From assembly GCA_038063855.1 (NCBI GenBank), contig JBBTUF010000001.1, positions 1 through 34,422 of the forward strand: a stretch of 34,422 nucleotides of DNA, written 5' to 3'. The notes under the pieces are model-generated. The model ran no database searches, was not told where the DNA came from, and worked only from the letters and a program-made list of their open reading frames with translations. A program made the translations under genes and the position numbers. The DNA is from Patescibacteria group bacterium (GTDB taxonomy: Bacteria > Patescibacteriota > Minisyncoccia > Ryanbacterales > GWA2-47-10b). Below are positions 1 to 8,647 of the stretch, in pieces. Within the stretch, counting starts at the first letter, position 1, and every line of letters begins with the position of its first letter.

Positions 1-48
1 TCCCTTTTAAGGAGATGGTCGCAGGTTCGATTCCTGCCGGGTGGACCA
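1..48 (+). tRNA. tRNA-Lys (anticodon UUU), 3' portion; the 5' part lies left of the window
   Basis: The window opens inside an anticodon arm: tcc-CTTTTAA-gga, a 7-nt loop C-U-UUU-A-A. This is followed by variable tggtc, T-arm gcagg-TTCGATT-cctgc, acceptor 3' strand cgggtgg, discriminator A and an encoded CCA ending at 48. Confidence 0.75.
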
Positions 49-65
49 AGAACAGTACAGCAGAC

Positions 66-212
66 TATGCAGTAGCTCAGTCGGTGGAGGCGAAGCGTCC
101 TGCGAATGCTTCGCCACTTTTAAGGAGATGGGCGAAAGACAAGCTATTGTCTTTCGCGGTCCACGATTCCTGCCCGCTTCGCTTGTGCTATAACGAGGCG
201 AGCCGTGTGGAC
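66..212 (+). ncRNA. tRNA-like / degenerate tRNA-derived structured element (function unknown)
   Basis: It has a canonical D-arm string TAGCTCAGTCGGTGGAG (73-89). It repeats the 15-nt anticodon-arm string CTTTTAAGGAGATGG (117-131, identical to 4-18) and GATTCCTGCC (165-174, identical to 29-38). These are interrupted by GC-rich hairpins: ggcgaagc/gcttcgcc (89-115), gcgaaagac/gtctttcgc (132-157), cgcttcg/cgaggcg (175-200), and an outer gtccac/gtggac pair (159-212). I could not draw a complementary acceptor stem or anticodon stem, so it is not a normal tRNA by inspection. Confidence 0.3.
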
Positions 213-257
213 AGCATTAAATTATCTTGTTAATATTTACCTTGGAAAACCTTTCGA

Positions 258-671
258 GTGGAAGCCGGAAAGGAGATGGCGATGAGGGCAAACGCGGATG
301 TATATAATAGCTTGAATGACTGTGCAAGCATTTTGCCAGCACAATTCGAATGCATCAATCGAGCTTCAAGCGACACAACACCGGAAAAACGTCTTATGAT
401 TGCAGTACTCACGAGCGCGATCCTTAGCTATTCCAGAGGACCAGAAGACAGGCATTTCATGGAGTCACACAGGTGGTTTTTTTCTGACGATGGCGCCGGT
501 TGGCTGTACTCCTTCAGAAACATCTGCGAAAGTTTGGGGTTTGATCCTGATTTTCTTCGGAAGGGTTTGCTCTGTTTCGAAGGCAAGTTCACGCACCGGT
601 CAATCCGGATTCGTTTTAAAACATGTGCAGTTCCAATGTATCTTGTGAGATCGCAAAAAAGAAACAGGTAG
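258..671 (+). CDS. hypothetical protein (more likely start is ATG 282 or 276, just after GGAAAGGAG)
   Basis: Only long ORF in this interval, with an RBS-like AAGGAG at 270-275 and a strong terminator immediately downstream. No recognisable motif. Confidence 0.5.
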   Translation: MEAGKEMAMRANADVYNSLNDCASILPAQFECINRASSDTTPEKRLMIAVLTSAILSYSRGPEDRHFMESHRWFFSDDGAGWLYSFRNICESLGFDPDFLRKGLLCFEGKFTHRSIRIRFKTCAVPMYLVRSQKRNR

Positions 672-681
672 TCTTCGCCCA

Positions 682-712
682 AGAGCTCCTCACACAGGGG
701 CTCTTTTTTTTG
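682..712 (+). terminator. rho-independent terminator
   Basis: 8-bp stem agagctcc (682-689) / ggggctct (697-704), 7-nt loop, then a T-run of about 8. Confidence 0.7.
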
Positions 713-747
713 TTGCCTCGTGCCATGCAATTTGATATTCTTGCCGC

Positions 748-1869
748 ATGGATCGAGCAGGCCTCAGAACGTGGATTGAGGTAGATACGCGCTTGTTGCG
801 CAAGAATTATCGTATTTTTCGTACGCTTATTCCTAAAAAAACTCGCCTCATGGCAGTTGTAAAATCAAACGCCTATGGCCATTCGCTAATTGATTTTTCG
901 CGATCTCTTGATCGGTTTGGCGCACAGTGGTTCGGTGTAGACTCGATTGTGGAGGCACGAAGTCTCCGTCGAGAAGGTATTCGAAAACCAATTCTTGTAC
1001 TTGGCTCGACATTGCCCGAATGGTATGTGGAAGCCGCACAAAATAATATTAGTGTTACAATTTCTAATTTCGAAAGTCTTGAAAGAGCGTTAAAACAAGG
1101 AACCGTCCGCAAACCACTAAAGGCGCATATCAAAATTGATACTGGAATGCACCGGCAAGGGTTTATGCCCAACGAAATTGAGCGCGTGCTCGGATATTTT
1201 AAAGAGAAGCAAAATTTTTTAATACTTGAGGGTATGTACACACATTTTGCGGCAGCTAAAAATCCTGCATTTCCTCGCGATACGCAAAAGCAGATTGACG
1301 AGTTCACACGCGTTGCAAGTCTGGTAGCAGAAGCCGGTTTTAAACCATTGCGCCACGCAGCTGCCACTTCTGGCACAATTCTTTTTTCATCAGCGCATTT
1401 CGATATGGTACGCATTGGTATCGGTATGTTTGGGCTTTGGCCAAGTCGTGAAGTGCGCGCATTTGCTGAGCGTCGTCTTGGGCTTGTGCCGGCGCTTACC
1501 TGGAAAACGGTTATTAGTGAGTTAAAAGATCTTCCCGCAGGGAGTGCTGTCGGGTATGATTTATCGGAAACGCTTCACAAGCCTTCTCGTGTGGCTATTT
1601 TACCGGTAGGATATTGGCATGGGTACCCACGCGTACTCTCAAGCATTGGGTATGTGATAATTCGTGGGAAGCGTGCAAAAGTAATTGGTCGTGTTTCTAT
1701 GGATATGCTGGTAGTTGATGTCTCGCGCATAAAAAAAGTGCGCATTCGCGATGAAGCGGTATTGTTAGGCCCCGGCATGTCAGCTGACGAACTTGCAGAT
1801 TTAACGGGTACGAGCAACTATGAAATTGTTACCCGTCTTAACCCTTTAATAAAAAGAATATATACTTAA
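748..1869 (+). CDS. alr: alanine racemase
   Basis: PLP-lysine motif AVVKSNAYGHS near the N-terminus. Length 373 aa with overall Alr layout (..DTGMHRQGF.., ..VGYWHGYPR.., ..GRVSMDM..). Confidence 0.92.
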   Translation: MDRAGLRTWIEVDTRLLRKNYRIFRTLIPKKTRLMAVVKSNAYGHSLIDFSRSLDRFGAQWFGVDSIVEARSLRREGIRKPILVLGSTLPEWYVEAAQNNISVTISNFESLERALKQGTVRKPLKAHIKIDTGMHRQGFMPNEIERVLGYFKEKQNFLILEGMYTHFAAAKNPAFPRDTQKQIDEFTRVASLVAEAGFKPLRHAAATSGTILFSSAHFDMVRIGIGMFGLWPSREVRAFAERRLGLVPALTWKTVISELKDLPAGSAVGYDLSETLHKPSRVAILPVGYWHGYPRVLSSIGYVIIRGKRAKVIGRVSMDMLVVDVSRIKKVRIRDEAVLLGPGMSADELADLTGTSNYEIVTRLNPLIKRIYT

Positions 1870-1872
1870 CAC

Positions 1873-2184
1873 ATGCCACAACCCGCAAAAAAATTTACGC
1901 GTGTTATTGAGAATTTTCGTTGTGAAAAATGCGGTCTTGAAGTAATTGGTGGTGGCTACACAAATCATTGTCCGCGATGTCTTTGGTCTAAACATGTTGA
2001 TCAAAACCCAGGCGACAGAGCCGCAGTCTGCGGTGGCGCCATGGAGCCCATTGGTGTTGAGATGAAAAGTGGGGAATATATCATTACGCATAAATGTAAG
2101 GCATGTGGTCTTGTGCGGCATATTACGTCGGCACCTACTGACAACATTGAGCGTATTATTGAGCTCTCGGCTCGTCCTGCATAA
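1873..2184 (+). CDS. RNHCP-domain zinc-ribbon protein
   Basis: FRCEKCG...YTNHCPRCLWSKHVD...CGG...HKCKACG. Cys pairs and the (R/T)NHCP signature. Starts 4 nt after the alr stop. Confidence 0.65.
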   Translation: MPQPAKKFTRVIENFRCEKCGLEVIGGGYTNHCPRCLWSKHVDQNPGDRAAVCGGAMEPIGVEMKSGEYIITHKCKACGLVRHITSAPTDNIERIIELSARPA

Positions 2185-2204
2185 ATTCTTGCTATACTTT
2201 ACAT

Positions 2205-3401
2205 ATGGATATTGCCGAATTTTTAAAACGCCCGGGCGGTGCGCACGATACCAAACCTATTATTTTTGATCTTTCTGTTGAAGCCGATCGCACACAGGTA
2301 ACGGTGCTTGCTTCAACGCATGCAATACAACACATATCCGATGACTACCTCGAGCAACTCAAAGAATATTTTCAAATTCAAAATCCATCAAAAGTATATA
2401 CACCAGAATTTCTCACACTTTTTGAAGCGTATATAAAAAATATTGAATCGCAAACTCCGCTGTGGCAACATGGTCGGTGGGCATATTTTCCGTGGAATTC
2501 CACAATAGTTCATGTTCTTGAAGATGACTCATTTCAGCAAGTTCGCACTGCACGAAATAAAAACTTGATTACCGCTGGTGAGCAGAGTAAGTATTATAAT
2601 GCCGTCATCGGTATCGCAGGTCAAAGTGTAGGGCATGCGGTTGTTATGGCCATTGTGCTCCAAGGTGGTGGCAAACATTGGCGTATTGCCGATCACGATG
2701 CTTTGGCACTTTCAAATACCAACAGAATCCGAGTAGGTGTTGATAACCTTGGGCTTCCAAAAACAGTTATGACCTCTCGGCAAATCTATCAAACGAATCC
2801 ATACGCAGTAGTCGAACTATTTGCAGACGGACTCAATAAAAAAAATATAGACGTATTTTTTACGGGGCAATCTGGCGGACCAAAGCTCGACATCATAATT
2901 GATGAAATCGACAATCTCGCCGTAAAATATCTCATTCGCGAGCAGGCTAAAAAAAACAAACTGGCGGTAGTTATGGCCGCCGATAACGGCGACAACGCCG
3001 TGATTGATATCGAACGATATGATCTTGATCAAAATACACCATTTTTCCACGGTCGCATGGGCGAGGTAAATTATGAGATGCTTGCCGGGCTCGATAAATT
3101 TGGCATTGGTAAAATGATAACCAAGCATGTAGGTCCCAAAAATGTAACCGAACGCATGCAACAATCACTCGTGGAAGTGGGCAAAACTATTGTTTCCTGG
3201 CCACAGCTGGGTGGTGCGGCTCTCGTTAACGGCGCGGCGGTCGCATATTGCGTACGAAAAATTTTAAATGGCCAACCACTTGAAAATAACCGCGTGCTTA
3301 TTTCGCTCGATGAAAAATTAATCCCCGACTACAACTCGCCCGAACAAATTGAAAAACGTACGCGCATTGCCGACGATTTCCGTAAAATGTTTGGATTATA
3401 A
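2205..3401 (+). CDS. ThiF/MoeB (E1-like) family protein, Rv1355c-N-terminal-like
   Basis: Rossmann segment VIGIAGQSVGHAVVMAIVLQGGG followed by IADHDALALSNTNRI, corresponding to the E1 family D-x-D-x-v-x-x-SN-l-nR motif. 398 aa. Confidence 0.7.
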   Translation: MDIAEFLKRPGGAHDTKPIIFDLSVEADRTQVTVLASTHAIQHISDDYLEQLKEYFQIQNPSKVYTPEFLTLFEAYIKNIESQTPLWQHGRWAYFPWNSTIVHVLEDDSFQQVRTARNKNLITAGEQSKYYNAVIGIAGQSVGHAVVMAIVLQGGGKHWRIADHDALALSNTNRIRVGVDNLGLPKTVMTSRQIYQTNPYAVVELFADGLNKKNIDVFFTGQSGGPKLDIIIDEIDNLAVKYLIREQAKKNKLAVVMAADNGDNAVIDIERYDLDQNTPFFHGRMGEVNYEMLAGLDKFGIGKMITKHVGPKNVTERMQQSLVEVGKTIVSWPQLGGAALVNGAAVAYCVRKILNGQPLENNRVLISLDEKLIPDYNSPEQIEKRTRIADDFRKMFGL

Positions 3402-3463
3402 ATACAACTACCATCAATTCCCACAGTCTGATATACTAAACACATACATATCCGTAATTGATT

Positions 3464-5011
3464 ATGTCAAAAAAGATTGTACTCGATGGCAAGAGCTTAA
3501 AAATTGAAGACATTGTTGCAATTGTACGCGACACTAGCGTTTCGGTTGAGGTTTCCGAAAGTGCTTTTTTATTGTGTAAAAAAACTGAAGACTATCTTCA
3601 CAGCTCACTCAACGGTAAAATAATTTATGGAATTAATACGGGTTTTGGCCCTATGGCAACGCATGTAATCAACGGCGGCCAGCTTGAACAACTTCAAGAG
3701 AATCTTATCCGAAGCCATGCGGTGGGCATGGGGGAGGCAATTTCAAACGATTATGTACTCGCGGCAATGGTGGTACGCCTCAACACCCTTGCTCGAGGAT
3801 ATTCAGGAGTGTCGCGCGAACTTCTCGAGCGCTTACAATTTTTTATCAACAACCGAATTCTTCCGATTGTTCCCGAGCACGGCGCAGTTGGCACCAGCGG
3901 TGACCTCGTACAACTTGCTCACATTGCGCTCGCACTTCTCGGCAAAGGCGATGTTGTGTATAAAAATGTGCGCCAACCAGTATCAAAAGTACTCGCAACG
4001 CTGTCACAGCCGACGACATACAAACTAAAAATCAAAGAAGGCTTAGCGCTCATCAATGGCACCTCAATGATGTCAGGTATTGCGGCACTCGAAGTTACGC
4101 GTGCTGAAAATCTTTTACAAATCTCTGTACAAAATGGCGCGATGGCCATGGAAATGGTTCATGCGTTTGCCGATGGTGTCGCGGTGGAGCTTCACAATCT
4201 TCGTGCACATCGCGGGCAGGGGATAATTGCGAGCCGCCTTCGTGAAATCTTCGCTTCCTCAAAACTTCTCCGAAGTAGAAAAGTACTCCAAGGGGGTGAT
4301 GCTTTTGATGAAGAAGTTCATAAGCTGCCTGAAAGTGTGCAAGAAATTTATTCACTGCGGTGCATTCCGCAAATTTTAGGACCCGTGCATGATGCAATAG
4401 AAACTGCCGAAAATATTATTGGTGTTGAAATCAATTCGGTGACCGACAATCCAATCATCGATGTGGAGAGTGATTATATTTATCATGGCGGCAATTTTCA
4501 TGGTGACTATATTGCGTACGCCATAGATCAGTTAAAGATGACCATCGTGAAGCTAACAATTCTGTCCGAACGGCGCATTAACTTTTTCCTCAATGAAAAT
4601 ATAAACAAGCATTTTCCACCATTTATGAATCTTGTTCAGCCAGGTCTTACGCTTGGCCTTCAGGCGTTACAATTTGTAGCAACCTCAACCACAGCCGACA
4701 ATCAAACATTGGCATACCCACATTACGCGCATTCAATTCCAACCAATGGCGACAACCAAGATGTTGTGAGTATGGGCACCGATGCAGTGTTGTTTGCCGC
4801 AAAAGTTATTCAAAACGCATATATCGTGCTTGCGATAGAACTTATAACACTCGGGCAGGCGGTAGATTTTTGCGATGAGCGTGATCAATTATCAAAACAA
4901 TCTCTCGCATTGTATAATACTCTTCGCGAAGTTTTACCAGCAATAAAAGAAGATCGGGTATTAGTGTATGAGCTTCCAAAAGTGGTAGAAATATTACAAA
5001 AAGTAATGTAA
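3464..5011 (+). CDS. MIO-dependent aromatic amino acid ammonia-lyase/aminomutase family, histidine ammonia-lyase-like
   Basis: IYGINTGFGP, NLIRSHAVG (Ser-His as in HALs) and GAVGTSGDLVQLAH (MIO tripeptide position reads Thr-Ser-Gly). About 515 aa. The ORF track starts at TTG 3458; ATG 3464 is preferred. Confidence 0.85.
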   Translation: MSKKIVLDGKSLKIEDIVAIVRDTSVSVEVSESAFLLCKKTEDYLHSSLNGKIIYGINTGFGPMATHVINGGQLEQLQENLIRSHAVGMGEAISNDYVLAAMVVRLNTLARGYSGVSRELLERLQFFINNRILPIVPEHGAVGTSGDLVQLAHIALALLGKGDVVYKNVRQPVSKVLATLSQPTTYKLKIKEGLALINGTSMMSGIAALEVTRAENLLQISVQNGAMAMEMVHAFADGVAVELHNLRAHRGQGIIASRLREIFASSKLLRSRKVLQGGDAFDEEVHKLPESVQEIYSLRCIPQILGPVHDAIETAENIIGVEINSVTDNPIIDVESDYIYHGGNFHGDYIAYAIDQLKMTIVKLTILSERRINFFLNENINKHFPPFMNLVQPGLTLGLQALQFVATSTTADNQTLAYPHYAHSIPTNGDNQDVVSMGTDAVLFAAKVIQNAYIVLAIELITLGQAVDFCDERDQLSKQSLALYNTLREVLPAIKEDRVLVYELPKVVEILQKVM

Positions 5012-5012
5012 C

Positions 5013-6584
5013 ATGAAAAACCCCAAGGATGTTCTTGCGGCGTTTGACTTTAGTAAAAAGACCGAGTGGGTTGGAGATTTTTTAAAATTTGATATTCGCA
5101 CTCTCGAGCATCTTCTTACAACAAAGCCCGAATCTTTTTGGCTTCAAGAGGGTGAGTGGCGCGCGCTCAAGTTATTTCACCAAGCCGCCATTCGAGTGCC
5201 CGCGTACAAAGATTTTTTAGCGCGTCACAAAATACGACCCAATTCTATTTGCACCATCAAAGATTTCACCCAAGTTCCACCAACCGACAAGAAAAACTAT
5301 ATCAATGCCTATCCACTTGAAAAGCGCTGTTGGGATGGTAATCTTTCTCGCCTTAATTTACTTGCCATAAGCTCGGGTACCACCGGCGAGCCAAAGTTTT
5401 GGCCACGGGGAAATTATCAAGAATTTGAAGCGGGAATAATTCACGAGCTTATCTATCGCAATAGTTTTGATATTGAAAAATATCGAACACTACTGATAAT
5501 CGGCTTTCCAATGGGCGTGTATGTATCGGGTGTGGCGACGCTGTTTCCAAGCCTGTTGGTTGCAAGCAAAAATTATAATATGTCGATCGTAAGTCCAGGC
5601 AACAACAAGGCCGAGGTACTTCGTGCTGTACAAAACTTACAAAAAGATTTTGAGCAAATTATTTTAGTAGGCCACCCATTTTTTATAAAAGACGTCGTTG
5701 AGACGGGTCGGACACAGGGCATTCACTGGTCGCAAAAACGTCTACACATGATGTTTTGTAGCGAAGGGTTCAACGAAACCTGGCGCCGCTATGTGATTGC
5801 GGAGACCGGCCAACGTTTTGGCCTTCGTAGCACGGTAAGCACCTATGGATCGAGCGAACTTTTATTAATGGCGCACGAAACCCCGCTTTCTATTTATGTG
5901 CGAAGCCTCATGGATAAACATGCAAAATTCAAAGAACAACTCATATCAACATCATGGATACCGAGTGTATTTCAATACAATCCCGTTATGCGGTACATTC
6001 AGCAAGCAGGAAGCGATCTCATATTTACCTCACCGAGTGGCCTGCCATTAATTCGATACAACTTGCACGATGGTGGTAGTATCATGACGTTTCAAAATAT
6101 TCGCGCAACACTTGATCTGCAACACTCTTCATGGCAACGCGAGCTCCATGCCGATTCAAAATCAAATGCACTATGGCAATTGCCGTTTGTGATGCTTGGA
6201 AGCCGAACTGATCAGACAGTAATATTTTATGCGGCAAACATTTACCCCGAGCATATCCATTTGGCACTTAATTACGGCCCGTACTTGAAAAAACTCACGG
6301 GTAAATTTACCATGCACAAGCACTATCTCAAAAACCTCGATGAGTTTTTAGAAATAAATGTTGAACTCAAACCCAACATGCTTGCGAGTAAACTACTTGC
6401 AAAGTCGATTGAATCACATGTTGTACAAAGACTGCGCGAAATAAACTTAGAATATCTCGACATGTCGACAAAATTTGCTCACAAAAAAAACATTCGCCCC
6501 GTCATAAAACTCTGGCCCTATCAACATGAAAAACATTTCAAGGCAGGCCTTAAACCGAAATATATCATTACATCAATGAAATAA
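5013..6584 (+). CDS. adenylate-forming enzyme, PaaK / coenzyme F390 synthetase / CapK-like (ANL superfamily)
   Basis: ISSGTTGEPKFWPR (the SSGTTG-x-PK AMP-binding loop of PaaK-type ligases) and N-terminal VPAYKDFL...VPPTDKKNY. The ATG is 1 nt after the lyase stop, suggesting translational coupling. Confidence 0.7.
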   Translation: MKNPKDVLAAFDFSKKTEWVGDFLKFDIRTLEHLLTTKPESFWLQEGEWRALKLFHQAAIRVPAYKDFLARHKIRPNSICTIKDFTQVPPTDKKNYINAYPLEKRCWDGNLSRLNLLAISSGTTGEPKFWPRGNYQEFEAGIIHELIYRNSFDIEKYRTLLIIGFPMGVYVSGVATLFPSLLVASKNYNMSIVSPGNNKAEVLRAVQNLQKDFEQIILVGHPFFIKDVVETGRTQGIHWSQKRLHMMFCSEGFNETWRRYVIAETGQRFGLRSTVSTYGSSELLLMAHETPLSIYVRSLMDKHAKFKEQLISTSWIPSVFQYNPVMRYIQQAGSDLIFTSPSGLPLIRYNLHDGGSIMTFQNIRATLDLQHSSWQRELHADSKSNALWQLPFVMLGSRTDQTVIFYAANIYPEHIHLALNYGPYLKKLTGKFTMHKHYLKNLDEFLEINVELKPNMLASKLLAKSIESHVVQRLREINLEYLDMSTKFAHKKNIRPVIKLWPYQHEKHFKAGLKPKYIITSMK

Positions 6585-6595
6585 TAAGGGTCTTT

Positions 6596-7405
6596 CTATT
6601 TCGCTTTTATAGATTTAATAAAAGCTTTTGCCTTATTTATATCGATGCGCTGTTGATAAGATTTAATATTGTGTTTATGAAACGCGCCCCCGTCTTTTTT
6701 CAGAGATGTACTTACAATAACGCCATTCGCGTAATGCAAGAGTCGACTAATATTCATCACGTCAGCTCCACTGCCTACAATAATCGCAGTTGATGGAAAT
6801 GCTTTACGAACCATTTCTAGCTCTTTCAATATGGGCGCATCACCAGTCCAACGCCCAGTCACTATAAGAGCGCTGGATTTAAATTTTACTGCGCGGCGCG
6901 CAGATTCAATAAGGTTATGGTGTGAAAATAGTTTTGCATGCTTAACATGGATATCTGAAAAAATGAGAATATTTTCAGCTCCTATGGAGCGCTTATATTT
7001 CAAAACTTCCGATGGGTTACCTTTGATTACTCCGTATGCCGTTTTTACAGTATCTACAAAGACAGGGATACGCACGAAGTCTGCTCTAACAATTTTTGCT
7101 ATGGATAGCGCTGACTTATAGTCATTCCAAAGAACACTAATGCCAAGTTTTATCTTTAAAGATGCCTTGACGTGTTGTGCGATAACAGTCATTGCAGAAA
7201 TAGTTGCCGGGTCTGTGAATTCCTTGTGTGGGATATCGTAATTATTTTCAATTATTACAGCATCAAAACCAGCTCGTTGGAAAGCTATAGCATCAGCTAA
7301 CGCATTTTTTGTAGCAATATTAAGCCCTGGGAATCCTGCGTATCCGGGCAGTGGTGGAAGGTGTACTGCACCTATAGTCAATATATTTTTTAGTTTATCT
7401 CGCAT
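6596..7405 (-). CDS. BtpA/SgcQ family TIM-barrel protein
   Basis: GAVHLPPLPGYAG..., AVIIENNYDIPH, DFVRIPVFV, SDIHVKHA, LIVTGRWTG, IVGSGA, VIVSTSLKKDG. Colinear with the BtpA family consensus as I remember it. Confidence 0.8.
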   Translation of the reverse strand: MRDKLKNILTIGAVHLPPLPGYAGFPGLNIATKNALADAIAFQRAGFDAVIIENNYDIPHKEFTDPATISAMTVIAQHVKASLKIKLGISVLWNDYKSALSIAKIVRADFVRIPVFVDTVKTAYGVIKGNPSEVLKYKRSIGAENILIFSDIHVKHAKLFSHHNLIESARRAVKFKSSALIVTGRWTGDAPILKELEMVRKAFPSTAIIVGSGADVMNISRLLHYANGVIVSTSLKKDGGAFHKHNIKSYQQRIDINKAKAFIKSIKAK

Positions 7406-7433
7406 TTCTATGTAGCATAATATATCGTATTTA

Positions 7434-7468
7434 AATAAAAAAAGCGAGCCAAAGAAATAAGCTCGCTT
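7434..7468 (-). terminator. rho-independent terminator of the amidotransferase/TrpD-like operon
   Basis: Minus strand reads agcgagc-ttatttctttg-gctcgct followed by TTTTTTTATTT. Confidence 0.6.
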
Positions 7469-7482
7469 TTGGAATTTCCATT

Positions 7483-8646
7483 TTATTTGGGAAGCCTTGA
7501 TCGAACATTTAGCATCTTCTCAAATGCTTGGCCACTATCATAAACGTCTTGTGCCATGGTATAGCATTTCTGCAAGTTATTAGCTTTGTCAGCAAGATAA
7601 AAAAGAAGTGCTGCATTAGCGAGGATCATCTTCAGAGGAGGTCCGGAGATCTCTCCCTTTAAAATTCCTAGGGAGAAATCGCCCTTACTCATTCCGCATG
7701 GGGGAGATATTGCCACAGATGAAATTGGATTTAAGCCGAAGTCCGCTGCATTTAGGCGATATTCACGGATTTTATTGTCTTGGAGTTCTGCGACTTGAGT
7801 GCCCCCCTCGCATATAGACACTTCGTCCACGCCTTCGTATTGGCTACCGCCAATGAATCCACGAACAAAAATGCCATGTTGAAGATCCGTAACACCGTGT
7901 TCGTTAAGAATTTGGTATGCTTCAGCAACTATACGCGGAGAAACAAGATGGTTTACTCCCAACACTCGCCGCGTCAAGAGACGAGGAGATAGGGGATTTG
8001 TTATGGGCCCAATAATGTCATTCATATGTGGGAGCATTGCGACTTTGTGGGTTTGGAGGTGAATCTGTTTGTATCGAGAGTCTAGAGCTTCCGTGTATCC
8101 AAATCCATCGGTTTCAATACACTTTTCGACTTCATTTTTTGTTGCGCACGTATTAATGCCGAGCAGAGAAACAAAGTCCGAACTACCATGACGACCGTTA
8201 TCTGCATTTGCGGGTGATCCATGCTTACACATCGAGATTCCTGAAGCCGCGGCAATAAATGCGGCTATTGTACTTACATTGGCCGTCACAATGAGATCTC
8301 CCCCCATTCCACAATTATCCATTGCGTAAGGGACATTAGGCTCGAGAAACCCAAATTTCGAAATCGCGATGTCACTACGGAATACTGCAGCACAGACGCC
8401 GGCGATTTGCTCCGCAGCATTTTTTGGCAAACGATGCCTGTGATTATTATGCTCTGATCTATTGCTTCGTTGCCAGGCATAGGTAGAACGAGTATGTAAC
8501 GCGGAGAGAGTTGCGATGCTCTGAATCTGTGCAAGTTGGTTCCCTGCACATCCCTCCAGAGCGTACTCTCCTAATGAGTACGCTTCGTCGAATGTGAGTG
8601 GTACATTCTGGTATGCATGATCTTTTAGAAAATGTTTGATTTCCAT
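7483..8646 (-). CDS. anthranilate phosphoribosyltransferase-like (glycosyl transferase family 3, TrpD-like)
   Basis: DNCGMGGD...NVSTIAAFIAAASGISMCKHGS...GSSDFVSLLGI parallels the TrpD pattern DTCGTGGD..NiSTaaAfvaAaaG..vaKHGnr..s.sGsaDvLeaLG. Start chosen at ATG 8646 (AGAAGGAGGGTGAAATG), which overlaps the upstream stop; the track start at 8700 is rejected. Confidence 0.75.
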   Translation of the reverse strand: MEIKHFLKDHAYQNVPLTFDEAYSLGEYALEGCAGNQLAQIQSIATLSALHTRSTYAWQRSNRSEHNNHRHRLPKNAAEQIAGVCAAVFRSDIAISKFGFLEPNVPYAMDNCGMGGDLIVTANVSTIAAFIAAASGISMCKHGSPANADNGRHGSSDFVSLLGINTCATKNEVEKCIETDGFGYTEALDSRYKQIHLQTHKVAMLPHMNDIIGPITNPLSPRLLTRRVLGVNHLVSPRIVAEAYQILNEHGVTDLQHGIFVRGFIGGSQYEGVDEVSICEGGTQVAELQDNKIREYRLNAADFGLNPISSVAISPPCGMSKGDFSLGILKGEISGPPLKMILANAALLFYLADKANNLQKCYTMAQDVYDSGQAFEKMLNVRSRLPK

Positions 8647-8647
8647 T

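Noticed and set aside
4-131. The 15-nt direct repeat of the tRNA-Lys anticodon arm as attL/attR of an integrated island
   Set aside because: The copies are only ~110 nt apart with nothing but hairpins between them and no integrase in view. At most this is a scar, so it is reported as a tRNA-like remnant rather than an island.
15-233. 72-aa plus-strand ORF from the track
   Set aside because: It lies entirely over the tRNA-Lys 3' end and the tRNA-like hairpin region. It has no RBS, and its openness is explained by the GC-rich structured RNA.
873-1415. 180-aa antisense ORF inside alr
   Set aside because: It is fully nested opposite a confidently identified gene, with no RBS or motifs. The same applies to similar ORFs such as 22707..23255, 30836..31405 and 33495..34022, which are frame-shadow ORFs.
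3464-5011. Annotating the MIO lyase as catabolic hutH of a histidine-utilisation operon
   Set aside because: No hutU, hutI or hutG is in the window, and the gene is coupled to an adenylating enzyme instead. The family call is kept but the pathway assignment is withheld.
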